64,000 nucleotides of DNA from an uncultured bacterium (lineage in GTDB: Bacteria > Zixibacteria > MSB-5A5 > CAIYYT01): positions 448,001 through 512,000 of the forward strand of contig CAVSCK010000005.1 in NCBI GenBank assembly GCA_963726455.1, given 5' to 3'. Below are positions 52,994-63,607 of the stretch, in pieces. Under the pieces are notes generated by a model. That model was not told where the DNA came from. It did not search any database and worked only from the letters and a program-made list of their open reading frames with translations. The position numbers were made by a program, and so were the translations under genes. Position 1 is the stretch's first letter; every line of letters starts with the position of its first letter.

Positions 52994-54361
52994 CTATTTG
53001 CAGGCGGCACATGGCGCCGGCCCACCCGAGAAGATGTAGATAATCACATACACCACATCGGAGATGTCAACCGTACCGTCGCAATTTGTATCTCCGGCTG
53101 CCAGCGGATCGGGGGCCGGACCGCCTGAGAAGATGTAGGCGATCAGCGCTACCGCGTCCGAGATATCCACGGCGGCATCACCGTTCGCGTCTCCGCACAG
53201 ATAAGACGAAGTATTCTTGTTAACCAGCACGGAAACGTTGTTTGAGGTAGAGTTCGCGGAAACCAGGTCAATATTGCCATCCAGGTTGACATCGAGGGCA
53301 ATCACCCAGCGTGGTTGCGATCCAACCGAGTACGTGGCGCCAGTAACGAACACGCTACCACGATTCTTCAACATTGTCAGGGTGCCGCCCGAGACACATG
53401 CGGTAATCAATTCCGGCTTGTTGTCGCCGTTGAGGTCGGCAGAGGTGATGGCACGCGGGTCGACTCCGACGGCATATGTTGTCGGCGCTCCGAAATTTCC
53501 CGCGGTCGTGTTCAGAAACACCAAAACGTTGTTGGAATTGGCGTTGCAAACAGCCAGGTCAATTTTGGTGTCACCGTTAAGATCGGCGGCACAGATTCCT
53601 GCCGGGCCGTCCCCGGCAGCATAGCTGATGATAGTCGGGAAGGTGCCGCTACCCGAGTTCTTCAAGACGGATATATTATCCGAAGCGAAATTGGCAGTGG
53701 CAAGATCGAGGTCACCGTCTTTGTCAAAATCGGCCGCGATTACCGCGTATTGCCCGCCCGGAAGAGTATAGAATATCTGAGGCAAGAAGGTTCCATCGCC
53801 GGCATTGAGCAGAATCGACAACTGGTTTCCGTTGGCGTTGGCAACTGCCAGATCGGGATACAGATCGTGATTCAAGTTGGCCACGCATACCGCTAGCGAC
53901 CCGACGGCGGTGGTATAGGAAACGGGCGCATCGAACACGCCGGTACCGTCATTCATCAGTATCTGCACCTTACTGTTCAGTTCGTTGCAGACGACAAGAT
54001 CGAGATCGCCGTCCTTGTCAATGTCGGCGGCGGCAATCCCGCGCGGATGGGAGCCGGCCGCGTAACTGACGGGTGGCTGAAACGAACCGTCGGCCAGCCC
54101 GAACAGAATCGCCACGCTGTCAACATTAAGGTCCGAAACGGCAAGATCCTTGATGCCGTCAAAATCGAAATCGCCGGAACAAACCGATAACGGATAGGTA
54201 CCGGCGGCATAATTGAACGGACCGTTGACGGCCACCGAATCACTGAGCGCAAAAACCAAACCTGGCGACAGCAGCAGCACCCCGATTAGCATGACTTGTT
54301 TCTGGAGCGACACGAGCAACCTCCTACAATAGCGATCTATAATGTCTACTATGCACGGCAC
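52994..54361 (-). CDS. FG-GAP/VCBS repeat beta-propeller protein with C-terminal dockerin
   Basis: Seven D.D.DG..DL repeats; CGDANGDAAVDISDAV..YIFSGGPAP / GDTNCDGTVDISDVVY; promoter TTGACA-17-TATATT at 54551-54523. Confidence 0.9.
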   Translation of the reverse strand: MPCIVDIIDRYCRRLLVSLQKQVMLIGVLLLSPGLVFALSDSVAVNGPFNYAAGTYPLSVCSGDFDFDGIKDLAVSDLNVDSVAILFGLADGSFQPPVSYAAGSHPRGIAAADIDKDGDLDLVVCNELNSKVQILMNDGTGVFDAPVSYTTAVGSLAVCVANLNHDLYPDLAVANANGNQLSILLNAGDGTFLPQIFYTLPGGQYAVIAADFDKDGDLDLATANFASDNISVLKNSGSGTFPTIISYAAGDGPAGICAADLNGDTKIDLAVCNANSNNVLVFLNTTAGNFGAPTTYAVGVDPRAITSADLNGDNKPELITACVSGGTLTMLKNRGSVFVTGATYSVGSQPRWVIALDVNLDGNIDLVSANSTSNNVSVLVNKNTSSYLCGDANGDAAVDISDAVALIAYIFSGGPAPDPLAAGDTNCDGTVDISDVVYVIIYIFSGGPAPCAACK

Positions 54362-54578
54362 ACCTCAACTTTCGGGGACGGCCCCGAAAATCGGGCGGTA
54401 TTACACCTGTCTAGAAAGGTTCAGCCCTCTATAGTTCTTGACAATTCATCCAGCAGGAATTATCCGAACGTAAGTCGAAAGAAGTATGGCAAGCGCCGAG
54501 TGATGGCTACATGCTGATGACAAATATAGATGATGGGGGCTAGTTTGTCAAGACTTTTCCGGCCGGCAGCCGCCTGGT

Positions 54579-55548
54579 CTACACGACTTTACTGTTGAGG
54601 ATATCGTGGATATGGACTATGCCGACCGGCCGCTGCTGATCGTCGACCACCACCAACGCCGTGATCTTGTGGTCTTCCATCAGTTTGAGTCCCTTGACGG
54701 CCAGCGCATCGGGCTCGATTTGTTTCGGATTTACCGTCATTACTTCACCGGCCTTGCGGGCGAGGAAATTGTCGCGGGTGCTGACCAGCCGTCTCAGGTC
54801 GCCGTCAGTGAAAATTCCGACCAGCTTGCCGGCATCATCGACAACCAGACGTGCTGCCCAGTCGCTTGTTCGTCACCACTACCAACGCGTCGGACACCGG
54901 CGTGTTGCGGTTGACTATTGGGAGATCGTCCCCGGAGTGCATCAGATCGCGAATGCGCAAAGTCAACTGCCTGCCCAGCGTACCACCCGGATGCAAGAGC
55001 GAGAAGTCCTCTGAGGTAAATCCGCGCGCCTCCTGCACAACCACAGCCAGCGCATCGCCGAGAGCCATCGCCGCCGTCGATGACGATGTCGGCGCGAGAT
55101 TGTCGGCGCCGGCTTCCTCGGGAACGGATGCATCCAACGCAACGTAGCTTCTCTTTGCCAGGGGCGATGACGAATTGCCTGTAATAGAAATAACTCGTAC
55201 TCCCAGCCGCTCGGTCACCGGATAGAAGAGTTCCAGTTCGTCGAGATTGCCGGACTTAGAGATCGCCAACACCAAGTCATCTTTCTGAATTATTCCCAGG
55301 TCGCCGTGCAACCCTTCGGCTGGATGCAGGAATATTGACGGGGTGCCGGTTGAATTGAAGGTCGCCACAATCTTGCGTCCCACCCAACCCGATTTGCCCA
55401 TTCCCGTTACAATCAGTTTTCCCTTGCAGCCGAGGATAGCTTCGACGGCAACGATAAATGAGCCGTTGATTTTGTCGGCAATTCGTCGTACACAGTCGGC
55501 CTCGTGAAGCAGAACTTCACGGGCGCGGTCAAGCATCTTTGAGTCCAT
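54579..55548 (-). CDS. kdsD: Arabinose-5-phosphate isomerase KpsF/GutQ (+1 frameshift ~54849)
   Basis: TGMGKSG, HPAEGLHGDLG, APTSS, HPGG; CBS domains (GIFTDGDLRR..GIVHIHDIL) continue in the shifted frame to TAG. Confidence 0.92.
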
Positions 55549-56071
55549 CGCGATACAGCTGTAAGAGGTTCAGTCCCCTGGCGTCAAGCAGAAAAGTGAT
55601 CACTTCGCGGCAGCAGCCCTTGCCGCCGTATCTTTCGGTCTGAAAATGCGCATACTCGAGGACTTCGGATTCAGTGTCAGCCGGACATACCGCCAGACCG
55701 ACACGCTCCATCATCACAATGTCAGGCACGTCATTGCCCACACAGGCGACTTCCGACAGACTCACATTGTGCTTTTTCATCAAGTCGTTCAGTGCTCCCA
55801 GTTTGTCCCACTGTTGATGAACATCCGCGATGCCAATTTCCTGACAGCGCCGCTCCGTAACATCGGAATTGCGCGCCGAGATAACGGCATACTGGAATAT
55901 TTTGCCGGCAGTCGCCTTGATCGCAAAACCGTCGGACGCCGAAAAGCTTTTCGCATCCTGATTGCCGCTGACAAAGATCATCCGATTGTCGGTCAGTACG
56001 CCGTCGACATCAAATATCACCAGCTTGATCTTGCCCGGATCGATTTCAAGCTTTCGCTGTAATCTCTGCAA
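55529..56071 (-). CDS. kdsC: KDO-8-phosphate phosphatase
   Basis: FDVDGVLTD, DG..I, GND..D, GGKGCCRE. Confidence 0.9.
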   Translation of the reverse strand: MQRLQRKLEIDPGKIKLVIFDVDGVLTDNRMIFVSGNQDAKSFSASDGFAIKATAGKIFQYAVISARNSDVTERRCQEIGIADVHQQWDKLGALNDLMKKHNVSLSEVACVGNDVPDIVMMERVGLAVCPADTESEVLEYAHFQTERYGGKGCCREVITFLLDARGLNLLQLYRDGLKDA

Positions 56072-56857
56072 TCCTCTTAACCTCGTTCAGTACTTCTCCA
56101 CGTCCGCCAGCGGCAGTTGTGTCGCGGCATCGGACTTCGCTTGCGCCGGATCGGGATGTGCTTCGAAAAACAGTCCGTCGATTCCAACCGCAATCGCGGC
56201 TTTCGTCAACGGCAGCACGAACTCGCGGCAACCACCCGACGAACCACCCTGGCCGCCCGGTTGCTGTACCGAATGCGTGGCGTCAAATACGACCGTATGG
56301 CCGGTCGCCTTCATTGTCACCAGTGAACGAAAATCAACCACGAGATCGCGATAGCCGAAGGTCGAGCCGCGTTCGGTGAGCATCACTCTGGTATTGCCGG
56401 CAGCGACGGCTTTGGCGGCAATATGACCCATATCTTCCGGCGCCAGGAACTGCCCTTTCTTGATATTGATCGCCTTGCCGGTTGCCGCAGCGGCGACAAT
56501 CAAATCTGTCTGCCGGCACAAGAACGCCGGTATTTGCAGGACGTCACAGACTTCAGCGGCGACTGCAGCTTCAGCAACTTCATGAATATCAGTCAACACC
56601 GGCAGTCCGAATCTCTCGCGAACAGATTCCAGTATTCGTAGCGCCCGGTCATCACCGATTCCTGAAAAAGACTTTCCCGACAAGCGATTGGCTTTGCGGT
56701 AGGACGATTTGAAGATCAGCGGAAATCCAAACCGTTCTGCGAGCTTGGCAAGCTTCTCCGCAGTCGTCATCACAATCTCTTCCGATTCCACCAGACAGGG
56801 TCCGGCAATCAGAAAGAGCTTCCCCCCGCCAAACTGCTTTTTGCCAATCTCAATCAT
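56046..56857 (-). CDS. kdsA: KDO-8-phosphate synthase (probable single-base deletion ~56092 truncates the last helix)
   Basis: IAGPC, KSSYRKANR, QIPAFLCRQTD, KKGQF, ERG, DATHSVQ; final helix VLNEVKRIAE is in an adjacent frame. Confidence 0.93.
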
Positions 56858-58531
56858 GGCGTCGTTTTGATCTCTGCTTCGCTCGGTTCGGTCTCCAGTT
56901 CCAGTTCCGGCTGATTTGGATGGTCGTGGTAAGTGACCGCGGCTTTCACAAACTCACGGAACAGTGGATGGGCGGCATGGAATCGGCTCTTCAATTCGGG
57001 ATGGAATTGAACCCCGACGAACCACCGGTGACCCGCGATTTCTATGATCTCCACCAGTTTACCATCGGGTGAAACTCCGGCGAGCTTCAACCCGGCACGG
57101 GTGAGCAATTCGCGATACTTGTTGTTGAACTCGTAACGATGGCGGTGGCGTTCCGAGATTTCGCGCTGCGTGTAGGCCTCGTAGCTCTTGCTGTTTTCGT
57201 CCAGCACACAGGGGAAGGCGCCCAACCGCATAGTACCGCCCATTTCGGTTACCTCATGCTGGTCGGCCATCAGGTGAATCACCGGATGTTTCAAGTCCCG
57301 GTAGAATTCATAACTGTGCGCATCCGAAAGACCGGCGACGTTGCGCGCGTATTCAATCACCGCGCACTGCATTCCGAGGCAGATTCCGAAGAAGGGTATA
57401 TTCCGCTCGCGGACGTACCGAATTGATTCGATCTTGCCTTCAACACCGCGCTCGCCGAAACCGCCCGGAATCAACAGTCCGTCGATATTCTGCAAATAGG
57501 CCTCCGCGCCGTTGGCTTTGATATCTTCCGATGCGATCCAGACCAGATCGACCTTGACATTGTTCTCCGCTCCGGCATGAATGAAGGCCTCAATGATTGA
57601 TTTGTAGGCGTCGCGCAGATTGACATACTTGCCGCAAATCCCGATCCGGACATGCTTTTCCGGTTTCTTGATTCGCTGCACCCTGTCTGACCACTCGCTC
57701 AAATCGGGTTGTGGCGCATCCAGACCGAGGTATTCAATGATGTAATCGTCCAGCCCTTGTTTGTGATAGACGAGCGGAACTTCATAAATCGTCTCGACGT
57801 CCAGCGTCTCGATCACGTGCTTGCGGCGCGATACTGCAGAACAGGCCGATCTTTTCCTTGATAGCATCCGACAACGGCTTTACGGAGCGGCAGAGCAGCG
57901 CTTGCGGTTGAATACCGATCTCTCTTAGATCGCGCACCGAATGTTGCGTCGGTTTGGTCTTGATTTCGCCTGCTGTTTCCACCCACGGCACTAATGTCAA
58001 GTGAATGAACATCGTGCTGCCGGGGCCTTCTTCCAGAGCGATCTGGCGGGCTGCTTCGAGGAAGGGAAGTGATTCAATGTCACCGACCGTGCCGCCGACT
58101 TCGGTAATCACCACGTCATAACTGCCGTTCTTTTGCGCCAGCTTGCGAATTCGCGCCTTGATTTCGTTGGTGATATGCGGAATCACCTGTACTGTGGCTC
58201 CCAGGTAATCGCCGTGTCGTTCGCGGTTGATAACCGATAGATACACCTGACCCGCCGTGACGTTATTGTCGCGCGACAAGCTCACCCCCGTGAAACGCTC
58301 GTAATGGCCTAAATCAAGGTCGGTCTCCGCGCCATCGTCGAGGACGAAAACCTCGCCGTGCTGGAACGGGTTCATGGTGCCGGGATCGACATTGATGTAG
58401 GGATCCATCTTCTGCAGATTGACGCGCAGTCCGCGCTTGGCCAATAGCACGCCGATGGATGACGACGCTATGCCCTTTCCCAGGGAGGATACTACACCTC
58501 CCGTTACGAAAATATACCGGGCCTTCTCCAT
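56854..58531 (-). CDS. pyrG: CTP synthase (+1 frameshift ~57830)
   Basis: [30 protein letters not shown]; GATase half [24 protein letters not shown]. Confidence 0.95.
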
Positions 58532-59278
58532 TTATCTATCTCCTCCCTCACGTGAGAGTATCATACTCGCCGCCTGCAAGTCCTCGGGACTGTTAATCGA
58601 AATCACCGGCCGCTCCAGCCGTGTCACGCCGATTGCATATCCCGATTCCAGGATCCGCAACTGTTCCAGCGATTCGGATATCTCACCGGTCGTCGGAGCC
58701 AGCGCAGTATACATCATCAAAAACTCTTTTCGATAGGCATAAATCCCAACATGGCCAAAATTGGTCGATTGCTGCCCATTACCAGTTATCGGCCGTCGGG
58801 AAAAACTGATCGCGTGGTCGTTTTCGTCCAATGCCACTTTGACCAGATTGCGATCCTCCAGTTCCGAGGCATCAGTGATCGGAAACACCGCCGTTGCCAC
58901 CGAGACTTTGGCGTCGCGCTCCAGCACCTTAACGGAGCGATCGATTATGTCTGCCGTCATGAAGACCTCGTCGCCTTGGATATTGACGCAGATTTCGCAG
59001 TCAATATTGGCAATCGCCGCGGCGCAACGCTCCGAGCCGTTGCGGTACGGCGCCGCAGAATAGAATACCTCTCCGCCATGTCGGCCAATCAGCGCCTCGA
59101 TCTGTCGGTCATCAGTGGCGACTATCAAATGTTTGAACCGACTGTATTGACGCGCGCCGTCATAGGTATGCAACACCAGTTCTTTCCCGGCGAGTTGCGC
59201 CAGTCCCTTGCCCGGAAATCGTGTCGAACCCAACCGCACCGGGATCACGCCGCAAATATTCATCGCGTTCGCTTTCAT
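58532..59278 (-). CDS. kdsB: 3-deoxy-manno-octulosonate cytidylyltransferase
   Basis: IPVRLGSTRFPGK, VATDD, NIQGDE, HVGIYAY, ESLEQLR. Confidence 0.95.
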   Translation of the reverse strand: MKANAMNICGVIPVRLGSTRFPGKGLAQLAGKELVLHTYDGARQYSRFKHLIVATDDRQIEALIGRHGGEVFYSAAPYRNGSERCAAAIANIDCEICVNIQGDEVFMTADIIDRSVKVLERDAKVSVATAVFPITDASELEDRNLVKVALDENDHAISFSRRPITGNGQQSTNFGHVGIYAYRKEFLMMYTALAPTTGEISESLEQLRILESGYAIGVTRLERPVISINSPEDLQAASMILSREGGDR

Positions 59279-59522
59279 CGTAACCAATTCAGCATTAATA
59301 CGATCTTTCCAAACTTCGAAGAACTAACGCTCACAATAAAGAACCACACAAGCTCGCCGGCTCATGTTGCACTGATCGATTAATCATGTACGGGTGAACC
59401 CGTGTCGAGACCAAAAAGCACGGGCTTCATGCTACCAGTTTTATGAGGTGATGTCAAGTATTTACGCGAAAATTAGCGGACGCGTCCTTATCTCGAAGGT
59501 GCGGAAGGCCTTGAGGGGGAAC

Positions 59523-60632
59523 TTAATATCCGAATACAGTAATGGAGCGGTTATTGCGCTCAGTGATGAATATTTCTCGACGGGTCGAATTGATCGCAAT
59601 CGAGGTCGGTTGCTGCAAGACGCGATCCTGCGGATAAACCAGTTTGAGCCGGCCTGTCAGATCGTAGACGTAAACCTTGCCCGTGGCGCCATCCAGAAGG
59701 TGCATTCGCATTTGATCGGGCTGCCAATGTCCGGCGGCGCCTATTGATGCACCTGCCGATGACGAATTTCTGGCCGCTGCAAAGGCAATCGGCATCGTGA
59801 TCTTCGTCCGCGTCGGCTGTTCAATTTCGTTGACGTAGTCACCGGTCGGCGAGTAAATCAACGCCTTACCCGTTGAATCGCCAATCCAAAAGCTTCCTTC
59901 CGGTGCAATCGCCGCCGCGGTCGGCTTCGGCAATCGCGAGCGGTCATCTTTCGGTATCAGGTTCATCAGTTCCAGAAAGTCGTAGAAGGGCTGTTCGACG
60001 ATCAGCGAAATTACCGCAACCTGTCCGGCCTTGGCGTCGATCACAGTCAGCAGTTTGCCGTTCGTGGAAAGTTGAATTGGCAGGATTCTTAGCTGCTTGC
60101 CGGGGTACCACGCGGCCGAACTAATATAGTCGCCCTCATGGTCGAAAACTGCCACGATGCCTTTGGTCGTGTCCGTGACTATCAACTGGCTGTCAGTCAC
60201 GGCGATGGCGTGCGGGATCACCTGCGACGGCTTGTCCAGATGCAGCGCACCGAGACGCGCGAGATTCGTCGAATAGATCAGTACGACCGGGTCGTCTGCA
60301 AAGCTCACGTAGATTGAATCGCCGTTGATCGCAATACATTGCGGTGTCAAATCCTTGCCTCCCTCGCGTACCTGAAAACTCGTCAGTTCAACGGGCGGCG
60401 CGTCGGGCGCCAGTGGTTCGTGCCGTGGTAAGCGCATGGACAGCAACGGTTTAATCTGAAAGGCGTAGATGCCGTAGAGGACTAGTAAACTCACCGCAAT
60501 CAGAAACACCAATCCACCCCAGGAACGAGACGCCCGCTTCGTCAGGTGAGATACTGTCGGTTCTGATTGCTCTTTGGTCGCTTCCATATGACCCAGTTTC
60601 TCCACGTTGTGCGGCAAATATGGCTGCCGCAC
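59523..60632 (-). CDS. Membrane-anchored NHL-repeat/beta-propeller protein
   Basis: One N-terminal TM; repeats P..IA......Y.; start may be ATG 60587. Confidence 0.7.
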   Translation of the reverse strand: MRQPYLPHNVEKLGHMEATKEQSEPTVSHLTKRASRSWGGLVFLIAVSLLVLYGIYAFQIKPLLSMRLPRHEPLAPDAPPVELTSFQVREGGKDLTPQCIAINGDSIYVSFADDPVVLIYSTNLARLGALHLDKPSQVIPHAIAVTDSQLIVTDTTKGIVAVFDHEGDYISSAAWYPGKQLRILPIQLSTNGKLLTVIDAKAGQVAVISLIVEQPFYDFLELMNLIPKDDRSRLPKPTAAAIAPEGSFWIGDSTGKALIYSPTGDYVNEIEQPTRTKITMPIAFAAARNSSSAGASIGAAGHWQPDQMRMHLLDGATGKVYVYDLTGRLKLVYPQDRVLQQPTSIAINSTRREIFITERNNRSITVFGY

Positions 60633-60810
60633 GGCGAATCTTCGGGTGAGTCCTGCAAGTCTCCTGCCTAGAAGTATTATCGGAAAATCGGGCGCAAACT
60701 CACACTATCGTTTTCGCCGCCTGACGATTGTCGACGCCGGCTGAAACATTTCGCCGGCGGGCCACGTCAAAAGGGCAGATTAACACGTGCAATCACCGAG
60801 GAGGTGTAAG

Positions 60811-61263
60811 ATGAATAAACGGTTATATCGGTCGCGGCAGCACAACGTTATTGCCGGTGTCTGTGGCGGACTGGGGGAATACTTCGATGTTGACCCCGTT
60901 TTCGTACGCATCCTGGCGGTGATTCTGGTATTTGCCCATGGAATCGGACTAGTTGCCTACATCGTTGCCTGGATTGCCATGCCGAAATCGCCGCTGGTAA
61001 CGGCATCTGTCGAAACAGTGGCGAGTACGGAAACTCCAGTGGATACCCAACCGCCGGCAGAGCCGTCAGTCTGGGCCAAGTACTGGGTCGGAATCATATT
61101 GATCGGGCTGGGCGTAATCTTTCTGGCCGATCATCTTTTCTGGTGGTTTCACTGGCGTTACGTCTGGCCTATTCTGTTGATCCTCGCCGGTGCAGCGCTG
61201 ATACTAAGATCATCCACGCGTCATAAGAATAACGGAGGCATTCATGAATCCATCCAGAGTTAG
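60811..61263 (+). CDS. pspC: PspC domain protein
   Basis: KRLYRSR...IAGVCGGLGEYF.VDP..VR; C-terminal W..VWP.LLI. Confidence 0.9.
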   Translation: MNKRLYRSRQHNVIAGVCGGLGEYFDVDPVFVRILAVILVFAHGIGLVAYIVAWIAMPKSPLVTASVETVASTETPVDTQPPAEPSVWAKYWVGIILIGLGVIFLADHLFWWFHWRYVWPILLILAGAALILRSSTRHKNNGGIHESIQS

Positions 61264-62146
61264 ATGGGGCATAACCCTTATTCTCATCGGGCTGGTCTTC
61301 CTGGCCAACAATCTCGGCCAGTTGAGTTGGTGGGTGTGGTACGACCTGTTGCATCTCTGGCCGGTCTTGTTGATAGTGATTGGCCTGGAGGTCATCGTCA
61401 AGAGATCCAAGCTGCAAATTCTCGGCTACCTCTCGTCACTGATCGTGGTCGCGACTTTCGCCTATGTCGTGATCGACAACCGTGGCAATCCCGACGATGA
61501 ATACGGATCCTATCCATCGTCTCGGTCAGAGGTCAGCGTCAGTTACGAAAATCAGGCGACTGCCAATTTCAAAATCAAGTTCGATGACGGCCGGCTCTAT
61601 TTCAACACCAGTGATGACAAACTCTTCCGCGCGGTCGCCGAGAACTCCCGGCGCGATCTGCAGCTGATTCCCGAGTCATCCGGTTCGAGCAGCGACATCA
61701 CGCTTTCTCCCGGCTCGAAACATTTTCGTCGTTGGGTGAACGTCGGCTCGAATGACAATCACTGGAAATGCTACATCCGCCCCGAAGTGGCCGGAAACTA
61801 TAACCTCGATCTCGCCGGTACTGATCTTCGCTTCTTCGGACAGGATTTGAAAGTTGACAGACTGGCAATTCAGGCCGACCGTTCTGACCTGGTCGTGCGG
61901 CTGGGGAAACAACAGGCGCGTTGTGATGTAAACCTGTCGGGCGACAACACTGATCTGGATATCTATTTCCCCGACTCAGCCGGCGTGCGAATCGAAGGCA
62001 CTTATCCTTCACAGACTGATATTGACGCTTTCAAATTGACCGATCGCGGCGGCTATCTCAGCAACGACTTATACGACCGCGCCGCCGTGAATTTCACGGT
62101 CAAGACCGAATTGAAGCAAGGCAAAGTGAGGGTGAGCAGCTACTAA
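61244..62146 (+). CDS. LiaF/LiaI-like (DUF5668) membrane protein with beta-rich C-domain
   Basis: WGI.LI.IG..FL..N, LWPVLLIVIG; overlaps pspC. Confidence 0.7.
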   Translation: MNPSRVRWGITLILIGLVFLANNLGQLSWWVWYDLLHLWPVLLIVIGLEVIVKRSKLQILGYLSSLIVVATFAYVVIDNRGNPDDEYGSYPSSRSEVSVSYENQATANFKIKFDDGRLYFNTSDDKLFRAVAENSRRDLQLIPESSGSSSDITLSPGSKHFRRWVNVGSNDNHWKCYIRPEVAGNYNLDLAGTDLRFFGQDLKVDRLAIQADRSDLVVRLGKQQARCDVNLSGDNTDLDIYFPDSAGVRIEGTYPSQTDIDAFKLTDRGGYLSNDLYDRAAVNFTVKTELKQGKVRVSSY

Positions 62147-62188
62147 TCTGACATTGGCTTTGTGAACTAGCTTTATCTCAATACTGGT

Positions 62189-63016
62189 TTAGCAACCGTC
62201 GCAGGGTGAGGCGCCCTCGCTGAAGATGTAACTCACGAGAAAGATCACGTCTGCAACGTCGGTTCCTCCGTCACAATTGACATCACCATTGCTACTATCC
62301 TGCGGGGCAGGTCCCGTCCCGAATATGTAATTGACCAGATAGACGGCATCAGCGATGTTGATGCTCTGCGAACCATTTACATCGCCACAGACCGCGGCAA
62401 GAGTAACGCCGGAGCACTCCGGGAAGCGGGGACGAAAGGTATAATTTTCCCAAGGGCTTTGGTAGAGACTCGAAAAGAGCCCGACCGGGTGGTTCCTCAC
62501 CGTCCAAATAGGTTCAATCGTAACTGTCTGCGGGACCAAATCCTGCAATTTGAGATAGAGGTATCCCACGAGGCGAGCAACACTTCCGAAAGTCGGCGGA
62601 ATTGAGTTGAAGCCCGCAAAGTCTACCCAGCCGACTTGGATCGAATCCCCAGATTCACTTGTCCAGGTATTCACAAAGGGTCGACTTCCGGGTGGGATTG
62701 GGCTATCAGGAGCAATCATCCACCGTGCGCCGAATCTAACTCCTGTGCCGTTCTCAGCCAAACCGACTGCAAAGCCGCCCAACTCGTAATCATTCCAAAT
62801 GTAGAACGGTATTGCGATCGAATCACCTGCCTGCATGGTATCGAGTGAGATCGTCATGGTACACCCGATCCTGAAAGTGTCGCAGACGCCTAGGTCCAGC
62901 CTTTTAATATTACCGACCGAGTCGTAATCCACATAACACGTATCCTGGGCGTTCGTGGCTGATGTCAGAAGCAAGCAACACGCAAACATGAACCACAAAG
63001 CCAATATCCGATTCAT
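62189..63016 (-). CDS. Secreted cohesin-like plus dockerin protein
   Basis: SD GGGAGG; signal peptide; GDSIAIPFYIWND..LGGF...IQVGWVDF...LVGYLYL; CGDVNGSQSINIADAVYLVNYIF / GDVNCDGGTDVAD. Confidence 0.8.
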   Translation of the reverse strand: MNRILALWFMFACCLLLTSATNAQDTCYVDYDSVGNIKRLDLGVCDTFRIGCTMTISLDTMQAGDSIAIPFYIWNDYELGGFAVGLAENGTGVRFGARWMIAPDSPIPPGSRPFVNTWTSESGDSIQVGWVDFAGFNSIPPTFGSVARLVGYLYLKLQDLVPQTVTIEPIWTVRNHPVGLFSSLYQSPWENYTFRPRFPECSGVTLAAVCGDVNGSQSINIADAVYLVNYIFGTGPAPQDSSNGDVNCDGGTDVADVIFLVSYIFSEGASPCDGC

Positions 63017-63230
63017 CTTACCTCCCAGCTTTCAATGCTTAAGTCTTGCAGTGCCGAATATCACAGCCCTCGGCCGCTTTTCGGACGCCAATCACAGTCA
63101 GTTGACAACAGTAGCCATAATATACAAACGTTCCGTCAAATGTCAATGCCATAATCCTTTGGCTGGTCCATCCGCGGCGAGTCGATTTTGCCCCCTTGCT
63201 AAAATCGGACTTCGGAGCTATATTATCACG

Positions 63231-63416
63231 GGATAGGAGCACGTTGGGTCGGTTGCGAAACTGAACCGCGGCCGAAACCCGCTTCCCGTTGCCAATCCCG
63301 AACGATCGTCTCCAACTCAACCAGGAGGAGGAGGAGCCGATGTTCCACACCGACGAACCTCGCACCGAGTACCCAAGCCGGTGGCTCGAAACCTCATAAT
63401 TCGAGCCACTTTTTTT
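63231..63416 (+). ncRNA. Candidate structured small RNA (6S-like rod), alternatively a 19-aa sORF mRNA
   Basis: Promoter TTGCTA-17-TATATT (63196-63224); long-range pairing TTGGGT..CGG.TGCGA / TCGCA.CCG..ACCCAA; terminator 63381-63416. Confidence 0.5.
63381..63416 (+). terminator. Intrinsic terminator
   Basis: GTGGCTCGAA-9 nt-TTCGAGCCAC-TTTTTTT. Confidence 0.85.
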
Positions 63417-63453
63417 GTGCCCACGAAGCATCCCAATATCTTGCTCAGACCGA

Positions 63454-63563
63454 ATGTCGGGTTTCTCTTCCCGTGGATTCGGAGAGGCGTGTCGAATGAG
63501 GGAAGCGAATGTTGGTGACGGCATTCGTGTGCGGCTGATACGGGACTCGGAACGCCGACCTAC
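63454..63563. repeat. REP-like element of the same family as 10369-10476
   Basis: ATGTCGGGTTTCTC-79 nt-TCGGAACGCCGACCTAC. Confidence 0.65.
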
Positions 63564-63607
63564 GGGACTACACGCCAAGCTTTTGTGAATCAGCAATGAG
63601 GGAAAAT

